A stretch of 64,000 bases of DNA from Lichenifustis flavocetrariae (GTDB taxonomy: Bacteria; Pseudomonadota; Alphaproteobacteria; Rhizobiales; Beijerinckiaceae): the NCBI RefSeq assembly GCF_026130545.1, contig NZ_JAMOIM010000008.1, positions 153,038 through 217,037 on the forward strand, in the 5' to 3' direction. The number at the start of each line of letters is the position of its first letter. The first letter of the stretch is position 1. The translations under genes and the position numbers were made by a program. The notes beneath the pieces were generated by a model that saw nothing but the letters and a program-made list of their open reading frames with translations, made no database searches and was not told the DNA's origin. Positions 9,780 to 18,442 of the stretch are shown one piece after another.

Positions 9780-10796
9780 ATGACGGGGTCGGTTCGCGAG
9801 TTCGGGGAGATGGACGGCACGGCCGTTCAGGAGATCGTCATCCGCTCGGCGGCGGGGCTTGAAGCCCATATCATCACCTGGGGCGCCGTCATCCGCGATC
9901 TCGCGGTGCCGGTGAATGGGGTGAGGCAGACGACCGTCCTGGGCCTGAACAGCCTTGCGGACTATCGGGCTCATTCTCCGAGCTTCGGAGCCGTGCCCGG
10001 CCGATACGCGAACCGCATCGCCCGTGGGCAATTCACGCTTGATGGCAAAAGCTTCCAGCTGCCTTGCAACGAGAAGGGCAAGAACACGCTGCATGGCGGC
10101 CCGAAAGGGTTCAACAAGCTTCCCTGGCGCCTTGTCGGCTCGACGGCCGATAGCGTGACGCTCGCGCTCACGTCCCCCGATGGTGACTCAGGCTTCCCGG
10201 GCACGCTGGAAACGACCTGTCACTATGTCGTAAAGGGCCTCACTCTGCGCATGGAGCTGACGGCGACGACGGATGCCCCGACTGTGGTCAATCTGACCAA
10301 CCACGCGTATTTCAACTTGGATGGATCCAACGACGTTCGCGATCACGAGCTCATGGTGGCTGCAGCGTTCCGAACCGCGGTTGACGAAGAGTTGATCCCG
10401 ACCGGCGAAATCGTGCAGGTCGCTGGGACGCCCTTCGATTTTCGCGCGCCGAGGATGGTGCGCGATGAGTCAGGCCAGACTTACGACATGAACTACGTGC
10501 TGGCGCGCCAGCCGGATCCCGATACGGGCCTCGCTCACGCCACCACACTTCGCTCGAAAAAGAACGGTCTGGCGCTCGAAATCGCCACGAACCAATTGGG
10601 TGTCCAGATCTACGATGGCGCCAAGGTCCACGTGCCTGTCGAAGGGCTGGCCGGCGCACGCTACGGCGCCTTTGCAGGCCTCGCTATGGAAACGCAGAAC
10701 TTCCCCGACGCCCCCAATCGACGGCATTTCCCGTCGAGCGTCCTCCGTCCGGGGGAAACATACCGGCAGATCACCGAATATCGGTTCAGCGTTTAA
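9780..10796 (+). CDS. galM: Aldose 1-epimerase (galactose mutarotase)
   Basis: 'VPGRYANRIARGQFTLDGKSFQLPCNEKGKNTLHGGPKGF' is the aldose-epimerase signature; ~338 aa. Confidence 0.8.
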   Translation: MTGSVREFGEMDGTAVQEIVIRSAAGLEAHIITWGAVIRDLAVPVNGVRQTTVLGLNSLADYRAHSPSFGAVPGRYANRIARGQFTLDGKSFQLPCNEKGKNTLHGGPKGFNKLPWRLVGSTADSVTLALTSPDGDSGFPGTLETTCHYVVKGLTLRMELTATTDAPTVVNLTNHAYFNLDGSNDVRDHELMVAAAFRTAVDEELIPTGEIVQVAGTPFDFRAPRMVRDESGQTYDMNYVLARQPDPDTGLAHATTLRSKKNGLALEIATNQLGVQIYDGAKVHVPVEGLAGARYGAFAGLAMETQNFPDAPNRRHFPSSVLRPGETYRQITEYRFSV

Positions 10797-10798
10797 GA

Positions 10799-10826
10799 TT
10801 GTGTCCCCCGCAGAAGCGGGGGACAC
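10799..10826. terminator. GC-rich perfect hairpin between convergent galM and rplI (bidirectional terminator candidate)
   Basis: 'TGTCCCCCGC-AGAA-GCGGGGGACA': 10-bp perfect stem with a 4-nt loop, 3 nt after the galM stop and 10 nt after the rplI stop. Confidence 0.55.
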
Positions 10827-10835
10827 GCTTCGTCC

Positions 10836-11405
10836 CTATCGGTCGCCGAAGCTGCCGCCGGTTTCAGCCAGGGCCGCGCCCACTTCCAGGCCGAGATCGT
10901 CGAGCGAGGTTTCCTCGCGGACGTTGATCTCCTCACCCTTGGTCTGACGCTCGGCTTCCGCCTCGGAGCGTGCGACATTAATCGTGACGCCGACTTCGAC
11001 TTCCGGATGCAGATGCAGCGGGACCGGATGCAATCCGATTGTCTTGATCGGGTTGCTGACGGCGATCTGGTTGCGTTCGATGCTGAAGCCGGCCTTCGAG
11101 ATGGCTTCGGCGATATCGCGCGGCGACACGGAACCGTAGAGCTGGCCCGTCTCACCCGCCTGACGGATGATCGTGAAGCTTGCGCCCTCGATCCGTGTGG
11201 CGACCGCCGAGGCCTCTTCCTTCAGTTCCAGGTTGCGTGCCTCCAGCTGAGCGCGCTGCGTCTCGAAGACTTTGGCGTTCTTTTCGGTCGCTCGCATCGC
11301 CTTGCCACGAGGCAACAGGAAATTGCGGGCAAAGCCGTCCTTGACCCGGACCTTCTCGCCCATCTGGCCGAGCTTGGGTACGCGTTCGAGCAAAATCACT
11401 TCCAT
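10836..11405 (-). CDS. rplI: 50S ribosomal protein L9
   Basis: '[32 protein letters not shown]' is the canonical L9 N-domain. Confidence 0.9.
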   Translation of the reverse strand: MEVILLERVPKLGQMGEKVRVKDGFARNFLLPRGKAMRATEKNAKVFETQRAQLEARNLELKEEASAVATRIEGASFTIIRQAGETGQLYGSVSPRDIAEAISKAGFSIERNQIAVSNPIKTIGLHPVPLHLHPEVEVGVTINVARSEAEAERQTKGEEINVREETSLDDLGLEVGAALAETGGSFGDR

Positions 11406-11419
11406 GGGACTCTCCTAAA

Positions 11420-12391
11420 TCAGGTTGCGGTTGGGGAGGGGGTTGGCGGCTGCGTCCGACGGAGCGGCAGCAAGCAGTCCACAACGCCGAGCACGGCCAG
11501 CGCCAGAAGCGAGGGCACGATGCTCAGCGTGATGAAGTAAATGGTGAAAAGGATCAGGCGGCGCGCCGCGAGCCCTCGGGTCAGCGTATGTGCGGCACCC
11601 AGTCCCTGGAGGATAAAGGCAACGCCGAACGGCGCGACGATGACGCCGGACGCGACGCCGACGAGCCCACCAGCGAAAACCGCGATTCCAGCGGCCAGGA
11701 ACACGAAGGCCACCGCTCGCGGCAGTCGCAGGTTTTCGGGCAGAGCCGGCCAAGGGCGCGAAAGGAGACCGGACGCCTGCACCACACGGGCCGCGAGCCA
11801 CAGGTTGACCATCAACATCAGGAAAGTCGAGCCGCCCATCAGGGCCGGAAGCAATCGAACCACCGTCTTCGACGATTCGGAGAACGAGCGTTCGGCGGCA
11901 TTCACGTCGATCAGGACGTTCTTAAGATGGGCGGTCAGCGACGCCAGGGTCGCGGCATATCCGCCATAGTGAATGACGACCGCGGCTCCGACGGCGAGAA
12001 CCGCGCCAATCACGATGGCCGCACCCCAAGCAACGACCCGGCCCAAGGGATACCAGGCGAAGATGGAGGTTGCGGCCTGACCGGACTGAGAGGTCACCGG
12101 ACGGGCTAAGAGCAGCAGGTAACCAAGCCACCAGGAGGGAAAGCCGATGAGCACGCCGAAGAATCCCCCGGCGAGAACACCAAGCAGCACGGCGATGCCG
12201 CAGCAAGCGACGCCAGCCGCAAGCAGGCCCGTCGCCTGCCCGAATCCCAGGGCCGCGATCATGATCGGCAAGGGTGTGACATAGGCGATCACGAGCGCCA
12301 AAGCTCCGCCCTTCGCAGAAGCTGCGAAAAGAAGTGCTGAGGCCAGGCCTGCGCCTGCCGCGATGCCGATGGTTCGAAGTGCTGGCGTCAT
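11420..12391 (-). CDS. Polytopic membrane protein (DUF2232-like) conserved between rpsR and rplI
   Basis: ~8 predicted TM helices and no catalytic motifs. A membrane-protein gene at this position is inferred from the gene order here. Confidence 0.55.
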   Translation of the reverse strand: MTPALRTIGIAAGAGLASALLFAASAKGGALALVIAYVTPLPIMIAALGFGQATGLLAAGVACCGIAVLLGVLAGGFFGVLIGFPSWWLGYLLLLARPVTSQSGQAATSIFAWYPLGRVVAWGAAIVIGAVLAVGAAVVIHYGGYAATLASLTAHLKNVLIDVNAAERSFSESSKTVVRLLPALMGGSTFLMLMVNLWLAARVVQASGLLSRPWPALPENLRLPRAVAFVFLAAGIAVFAGGLVGVASGVIVAPFGVAFILQGLGAAHTLTRGLAARRLILFTIYFITLSIVPSLLALAVLGVVDCLLPLRRTQPPTPSPTAT

Positions 12392-12511
12392 GCTGTCCCG
12401 CGCCGGAGGCGGTTAGGCGAGCCAACTAGAGCTGGTCCGCCAACAAAGCCTGGGGCGACAGCCCCAAGCCGACGAAATGACGGCCGGATCCAATCCAGCC
12501 GTCACGGATCC

Positions 12512-12748
12512 TTAGCGGATGACGTAGGGGAGTAGCCCCAGAAAACGCGCGCGCTTGATGGCTTGGGCCAGCTCACGCTGCTTCTTGGCCGAGACAGCCG
12601 TGATGCGCGAGGGAACGATCTTGCCACGCTCGGACACGTAGCGCGACAGGAGGCGCGTGTCCTTGTAGTCGATCTTCGGCGCGCTCGGGCCGGAGAACGG
12701 GCAGGACTTGCGACGACGGAAGAAGGGGCGGCGTGGAGCTGTCGACAT
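12512..12748 (-). CDS. rpsR: 30S ribosomal protein S18
   Basis: '[60 protein letters not shown]' is S18. Confidence 0.95.
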   Translation of the reverse strand: MSTAPRRPFFRRRKSCPFSGPSAPKIDYKDTRLLSRYVSERGKIVPSRITAVSAKKQRELAQAIKRARFLGLLPYVIR

Positions 12749-13206
12749 CAGGCTTCTCCCCCTTGGAACCCACCTTCGGAACGCGGCGGACGTGGGCCGC
12801 GATCGGGACGGTCACCCCGATCGAACCGCCCGGGGCCTCCACGCCGGTCACCCCGGTCACCACGATCGTCGCGGTCGCTTTCCTCGCGCTTGCGAAGCAT
12901 CGCCGATTGGCCCTCTTCGAGCTCGTCGACCCGGATCGTCATGATCCGCAGCACGTCCTCGTTGAGGCCAAGCTGACGTTCCATCTCGGCGACGGCGGCC
13001 GACGGCGCGTCGATGTTCAGAAGCGTGAAATGCGCCTTGCGGTTCTTCTTGATCCGGTAGGCGAGAGACTTGACGCCCCAATATTCCACCTTGCCGACGG
13101 AGCCGCCGCCAGCCTGGATCACGGATTTCATCTGTTCGGTCAGGGTTTCCACCTGTTGGGCGGTCACGTCCTGGCGCGCGAGATACACATGCTCATAGAG
13201 AGCCAT
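12748..13206 (-). CDS. rpsF: 30S ribosomal protein S6 (with Arg/Asp/Gly-rich C-terminal tail)
   Basis: '[25 protein letters not shown]' is the S6 N-terminus; start/stop overlap with rpsR. Confidence 0.9.
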   Translation of the reverse strand: MALYEHVYLARQDVTAQQVETLTEQMKSVIQAGGGSVGKVEYWGVKSLAYRIKKNRKAHFTLLNIDAPSAAVAEMERQLGLNEDVLRIMTIRVDELEEGQSAMLRKREESDRDDRGDRGDRRGGPGRFDRGDRPDRGPRPPRSEGGFQGGEA

Positions 13207-13434
13207 GCTCGATGCCTTTCTGTTCGAAGCACACCCTGGCGCGAAGCCCTTCGAGCCCCGGAAAGGCCCGAACAGAGATCAACGAAGGCGGGAACACCGA
13301 GAGGCGGATCGAAATCCTCTTTCCACTGAAACAGCAAAAAGCTCCCGTTCAGCCCCCGGCCAGGGTCTGCGGAGCGCTCTCACTAAGCGAAAAGTCCGCG
13401 TCTGCCAAGGGAAAAGAGTTGCCCCTTCAGAGCC
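13207..13434 (-). promoter_or_regulatory. rpsF 5' leader/promoter region (possible S6:S18 autoregulatory leader RNA)
   Basis: 228-nt non-coding gap upstream of rpsF. Bacterial rpsF leaders commonly carry an S6:S18-binding structure; not verified structurally here. Confidence 0.3.
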
Positions 13435-14304
13435 TCAGCTGGCGGCCCGCGGTCTCATGCCGCCGGAAAGAAACCAAAGCACCGACGTGAGGACGACCGC
13501 ACCGCCGACCAGTACGGTCCGGCCGGGTTGCTCGGCGAAAAACAGCCAGACCCACAGGGGACCGAGAATGACGTCCAGCATCGAGATGAAGCCGGCCTCG
13601 CCGGAGCCGATGCGGCGACTGCCATCGAGCGCCAGTGTGTAGGCGACGCCCGTCGTCAAAATGCCGAAGGCCGCCAGGATCGTGAGCTGCTGGAGACTTG
13701 GAACGGCGACTGCCATCAGTGGCCAGCTGATGACGGCGCAGAGCCCCGCCGCAATGGCGATCACCAGCGTCATGTTGATGTCGGGATGCCGCTTGGCATG
13801 GACGAGCTGGGTCCCGAAGCCGACCGTCATCGCGAAGGCCGCCAGATTGCCCGCGATGTCCTTCGGCTCGGTCGCCGAGCCCGCCATGATCGCGATTCCA
13901 ACCAGCGCAATGGCACTGGCGATGAGGATGCGGGTGCTCGCCCGCTCGCCCAGCCACACGAAAGCGATCCCGGCCGCCACGAAGGGCAGCGTCGCGTAGA
14001 TCGTCATCACATTGGCGACGGTGGTCAGCTTCAGGGCGAACACGTAGCAGATCGTGGCCATGATCGAGGTCGCGACCATGAACAGCTCCGACCATCCCAG
14101 AGACGTGGCATCCCGGATGGCGCGAGGGCCTGATTGAATCGAGAACAGGCCACCGAGGAAGATCGCCGAAAACAGCGACCGCCACCCCAGCACGGTCCAG
14201 GCGTCGAGATCCGCCATGCGGACGAACAAACCGGCCGTGCTCCACAACACCGCGGAGAGCGCGACGAGCGCCATCCCGGTGGGCCGGCTACCCGAGAGTT
14301 GCAT
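13435..14304 (-). CDS. EamA/DMT-superfamily transporter
   Basis: 10 TM helices; 'ALSAVLWSTAGLFVRM' resembles the EamA duplicated domain. Confidence 0.7.
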   Translation of the reverse strand: MQLSGSRPTGMALVALSAVLWSTAGLFVRMADLDAWTVLGWRSLFSAIFLGGLFSIQSGPRAIRDATSLGWSELFMVATSIMATICYVFALKLTTVANVMTIYATLPFVAAGIAFVWLGERASTRILIASAIALVGIAIMAGSATEPKDIAGNLAAFAMTVGFGTQLVHAKRHPDINMTLVIAIAAGLCAVISWPLMAVAVPSLQQLTILAAFGILTTGVAYTLALDGSRRIGSGEAGFISMLDVILGPLWVWLFFAEQPGRTVLVGGAVVLTSVLWFLSGGMRPRAAS

Positions 14305-14406
14305 TGCAGGATGGCCTTCGCTCGAATGTCCCGGGCAATCCTAACTGCCGCGCCTTGCCCTAGCTTGAGCCGGACCGACGAGGCCCGTCAACCGCCCGAC
14401 ACTTGG

Positions 14407-16290
14407 TCAGCGGTGGTCATCCTGTCCCAATGCTTTCAGCAGCGGTTGCAGCGAGGCCTCATAAGCGCGCCAGCGGCCGACCGAACTCCTGTATATTTTT
14501 TGCCGCACCTGTGTGGCGCTGGCTGTCGATACCGCGTGTCTGCCTTCCGTAAAGTTGAGGCAACCTGGATCCCAGGCAAGCCCACAATGGGCGATGATGC
14601 GCCTGGCCTGGCCTTCGAGATCATCGACCACGTCTTCGTATTCCACGTCGAGGATCGTGTCGGGAGGCAGAACGGCGCGCCAATGGGCCATGAGAGCCTC
14701 ATAGGCCCGGTAGTAACGGCCGAGCTCTGCGAGATCGTAGGTGAAGGGCTGGTGGCCGAAGAACAGTGTCGAGAAGCAGGACACGCAGGTGTCGATGGGA
14801 TCGCGGCGCGTGTGAATGATCCGTGCTTTGGGCAGAGCGAGGTGGATCAGGCCGGCCAGCCTGAAATTGTCCGGTAGCTTGTTGGTGACCCGCAAAGCCT
14901 CCGGTGCGATCTCCTGAAGATGCGCCGCATAGGTGGCCCCAATGCGCGCGAATGCGCTACGTGACATACGCGATGCCATTTCGGGCTCGTCGACGCAGCG
15001 TGTCTCTCCGCCACCCAGGGTCGCGACGGAAGCTTGAAACGCGCCGGTTTCACCCGCCGCATGCACGTCGGGGTGGGCAGCCAGAATCTGCTCGACGAGC
15101 GTGCTTCCCGAACGCGGCATGCCCAGGATGAACACTGGGAGATGGGAAGGATCACCGCACCCCGCGGCGTCTTCGACAAAATCCCGATCGAAGACGGATC
15201 TGATCCTGTCGAACATCGAGAGCGCCGAGCCTTCGTCGTAGGCCGTCTCGCGTCGCTTCAGGCTGTTGGCATCGCGGAAGTGGCGAAACGAAAGCTCCTT
15301 CGCGCCGGTGTCGGCCAACACCTTCCCGAGCGCGAAGCCGGCCTCGATGCGATCTTGCGCACATCGCGTCGCCTCGCTCGTGACCTGCGTCATGGTCTCG
15401 ATGAGAGCGGCATCCGAGGGCGTGAACCGCTTATACTGGGAGAGAACATAAAGAAGTCGGGCGTTTTTCGGATCGTTCCGGACGGCGCCTTCGATCGTGG
15501 CAAGGCCCTCCTGCAACCGGCCGAGTTCCGTCAGCAGAATGCTCTTGTTCGCCAGTGTGCTGGAATCATTGGGTTTGAGGGTGAGCGCGGTGTCGAAGGC
15601 CATCAGGGCCTCCGTTGGGCGCCCAAGGCTCTTCAGTGCGTTGCCGCGGAAATTATGGGCATCTGCCAGGGTGGGCACGAGCGCGATAGCTCGGTCGCAA
15701 CTCGCCAGCGCCTCGTCAAGGCGGAGGAGGTCGAGCAGGATCATGGCCCGGTTGCTGTGTGCCTCAGCATAGTCGGGCTTGTAGCCGATCGCTCTGTCGC
15801 AGCTTTTGAGCGCCTCCGCTGGACGTGCCAACTCGCGAAGGAGGTTGGCGCGGTTGTTGTGCGCTTGCATGTAGTCCGGCTTGAGGCTGATCGCCTTATC
15901 GTAGCTCACGAGCGCCTCCACTCGCCGGCCCAGCAGTTTGAGCGCGACGCCCTGATTGTTGAAGGCATCGGCCGCGAGAGGGTTGAGCTTGGTGGCCTTT
16001 TTGTAGGAGCGCAACGCCTCTTCGACACGCCCGAGATCCTTGAGGACATTGCCGCGATTGCTGTGCGCTGCCGCAAACCCGTTGTTGAGGGCGACCGCGC
16101 GATCGAAACTGGCAAGCGATTCTTGAAAGCGCGCCAGATTCGCCAATGCCACGCCCTGGGCATTGTACAATTGTGCGAGATCGCCGCCGGCCGGCATCGG
16201 TGAGGTGCTGCGCATAGGGTAAGCATGTGTCAGCAGGCTTAACGAATGGTAAAAGCCTGCCAGTTCGGCTCCCGCGACACAGTCTCTCAA
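14407..16290 (-). CDS. TPR-repeat protein fused to C-terminal sulfotransferase domain
   Basis: N-terminal TPR units ('AHSNRGNVLKDLGRVEEALRSYKKATKLNP' x ~7); C-terminal PAPS-binding 5'-PSB motif 'FILGMPRSGSTLVEQILAAHPDV' and 3'-PB region 'IHTRRDPIDTCVS'. Start may be at an internal Met (~16215). Confidence 0.75.
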   Translation of the reverse strand: MRDCVAGAELAGFYHSLSLLTHAYPMRSTSPMPAGGDLAQLYNAQGVALANLARFQESLASFDRAVALNNGFAAAHSNRGNVLKDLGRVEEALRSYKKATKLNPLAADAFNNQGVALKLLGRRVEALVSYDKAISLKPDYMQAHNNRANLLRELARPAEALKSCDRAIGYKPDYAEAHSNRAMILLDLLRLDEALASCDRAIALVPTLADAHNFRGNALKSLGRPTEALMAFDTALTLKPNDSSTLANKSILLTELGRLQEGLATIEGAVRNDPKNARLLYVLSQYKRFTPSDAALIETMTQVTSEATRCAQDRIEAGFALGKVLADTGAKELSFRHFRDANSLKRRETAYDEGSALSMFDRIRSVFDRDFVEDAAGCGDPSHLPVFILGMPRSGSTLVEQILAAHPDVHAAGETGAFQASVATLGGGETRCVDEPEMASRMSRSAFARIGATYAAHLQEIAPEALRVTNKLPDNFRLAGLIHLALPKARIIHTRRDPIDTCVSCFSTLFFGHQPFTYDLAELGRYYRAYEALMAHWRAVLPPDTILDVEYEDVVDDLEGQARRIIAHCGLAWDPGCLNFTEGRHAVSTASATQVRQKIYRSSVGRWRAYEASLQPLLKALGQDDHR

Positions 16291-16296
16291 GACGGC

Positions 16297-18393
16297 CTAC
16301 ACCGCCTCACGTGAGAGTTCGGCCAAGAGAGGCTGTAGGTAGGCCTCATACGCGTGCCAACGGCCGACGGATTGCCGGTAGAGGGGTTGTCTGACCTGGC
16401 TCGCGCTGGCCGTGAGAACAGGCCGGATCGCGTGCTGGAAGTCGAGGCAGCGGTCGGTCCATTCCAGCCCGCAATGCGCCAAAAGCCGGCGCGACTGGCC
16501 TTCAAGGTCGTCGACCACGTCCTCGTAGTCGATGTCGAGCATAACATCGGCCGGCAGGATCGCGCGCCAATGGTTCATCGTGGCCCGGTAGGCCGCATAA
16601 TAGCGGCCAAGTTCGCCGAGATCGTAGGTGAAGGGCTGGTGGCCCGTGAACCGTGTCGCGAAGCAGGACAGGCAGGTGTCGACAGGGTCGCGGCGCGTAT
16701 GGATGATCCGGGCGTCCGGCAGCATCAGCCGAATCAGGCCGACGAGTCGGAAGTTGTCGGGTGTCTTGTTGCTGACCCGCTTGGCGTTCGGTGCAACGGC
16801 GTCGAGCCGAGCCAGATAGTCTGCCCCCACCTGCTGCCAGTCCTCGGGCGAGAGGCTCGTCAAAGGCTCGGCCGCTTCGAGCAGGCGATCACCTTTCGGA
16901 CCAAGCGAGCGGATGGAAAGCCGGAGGTCGTCGATCTCTCCGGCCGCGAACACGTCGGGGTGACCGGCCAGGATCTGCTCGACGAGGGTGCTGCCTGAGC
17001 GCGGCATGCCCAGGATGAAGATGGGTCGTCGATCACCGTTGCCTCGTTCCGACCCTACCTTGAGTGACGTCGGCGTAAAGGCCGCCCGCATGCGGGCCAG
17101 GGCATTGAGGGTGGAGACCTCATCATAGCGGATCTGCGTGCGCTGTCGCCGGTTTCCGGCCAGCAGATGTTTGAACGCCGCCGCGGGGTCGCCGATGTCC
17201 GCATGGGCCTTTCCCAACCCGAAATGCAGATCGATCCGTTCGCGCGTCGAGAGGGACGTGTCGTGCGTAGCGCGCGCTTCCATCTCTCCGATCAGAGGAT
17301 CACCCTGGCGCATCCGTTTGCACTGCGTCAGGCTGTAGAAGAAGCCAGCTGTGCCGGGTTCGAGCACGAGAGCGGTTTCAAGCGCCACGCATCCCTCGGC
17401 GGTTCTGCCTATTTCCGTGAGGAGAAGACCCCGATTGGCGTGGGCGTCGGCGTAGGTAGGCTTGAGCGCCAGGGCTTCATCATAGGCGGCCAACGCTTCA
17501 GGGAGACGCTTCAGGTGCTTGAGGACGTTGCCCCGCATGTTGTGGGCCTCGGCATAGCCGGGGGAAGCCGCAAGGGCCGCATCACATGCTGCCAGAGCCT
17601 CGTCAAACCTCGCCACATCGATCAGCACGTCGGCGCGGTTGATGTGACCGTCGACATAGTCGGGTTGAAGCGTCAGCGCCGCGTCGTAGCTGGCCAGGGC
17701 CCGATCCAGATGGCCCAGGTCTCTCAACGCATTGCCGCGATTGTTGAGGGCGCTGACATAAGTCGGGCTGATCGCCAGGGCCTGGTCGTAGCTGGCCAGA
17801 GCCGCACCGGTGCGGCGCATCGCCTTGAGAACATTCCCCCGATTGTTGTGGGCCGCGGCCAGTCCAGGCTGGCAGGCGATCGCGGCATCGAAGGCGCCGA
17901 GAGCTTCCTCGAACCGCTTCAGCCCGGTCAGCAGATTGCCGCGATTGTTATGCGCTTCGGCGAAGATCGCGTTGCGCAGGATCGCTCGACCAAAGGCCTC
18001 CAGGGCCTCATCGACGCGGCCCAAGATCGCGAGGGTGTTGCCATGGTCGTTGTGCAACTCGGCCCAGTCGGGCCGCGCCGCAAGAGCTTGCTCGAAGGCA
18101 TGCAGTGCGGCGTGAGATTGTCCGAGCTTTGAGCGTACAAGCCCTGAAACCCGCAAAGCCGCCGCATCGCCGGGCCGGAGCTCCAGGCAGGCATCAAGCT
18201 GGGTGAGCGCTGCCTCATATCGTCCTTGCTCCATCAACACCGCGCCCAGGAGATAGCGGCTGTCGAAATGGACCGGGTCTTCAAGGAGAACCTGGCCATA
18301 CAGAGCCTCGGCATCTGAAAGGCGACGGGCTTGATGACTGGCGACGGCACGTTGGAAAGTCCTGGAGGACGCGCCCTTCAGCTTCGGCCTCAT
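16297..18393 (-). CDS. TPR-repeat protein fused to C-terminal sulfotransferase domain (paralog)
   Basis: Same architecture as 14407..16290 ('FILGMPRSGSTLVEQILAGHPDV', 'IHTRRDPVDTCLSCF'), ~50% identical by eye. Start placed at the internal Met 'MRPKLKG' to avoid overlap with the upstream GT41 gene. Confidence 0.75.
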   Translation of the reverse strand: MRPKLKGASSRTFQRAVASHQARRLSDAEALYGQVLLEDPVHFDSRYLLGAVLMEQGRYEAALTQLDACLELRPGDAAALRVSGLVRSKLGQSHAALHAFEQALAARPDWAELHNDHGNTLAILGRVDEALEAFGRAILRNAIFAEAHNNRGNLLTGLKRFEEALGAFDAAIACQPGLAAAHNNRGNVLKAMRRTGAALASYDQALAISPTYVSALNNRGNALRDLGHLDRALASYDAALTLQPDYVDGHINRADVLIDVARFDEALAACDAALAASPGYAEAHNMRGNVLKHLKRLPEALAAYDEALALKPTYADAHANRGLLLTEIGRTAEGCVALETALVLEPGTAGFFYSLTQCKRMRQGDPLIGEMEARATHDTSLSTRERIDLHFGLGKAHADIGDPAAAFKHLLAGNRRQRTQIRYDEVSTLNALARMRAAFTPTSLKVGSERGNGDRRPIFILGMPRSGSTLVEQILAGHPDVFAAGEIDDLRLSIRSLGPKGDRLLEAAEPLTSLSPEDWQQVGADYLARLDAVAPNAKRVSNKTPDNFRLVGLIRLMLPDARIIHTRRDPVDTCLSCFATRFTGHQPFTYDLGELGRYYAAYRATMNHWRAILPADVMLDIDYEDVVDDLEGQSRRLLAHCGLEWTDRCLDFQHAIRPVLTASASQVRQPLYRQSVGRWHAYEAYLQPLLAELSREAV

Positions 18394-18442
18394 GGCATTG
18401 CGACCGCTTGAGAGTGCGCCGAGGCGATGTCCGATCTCCGCC

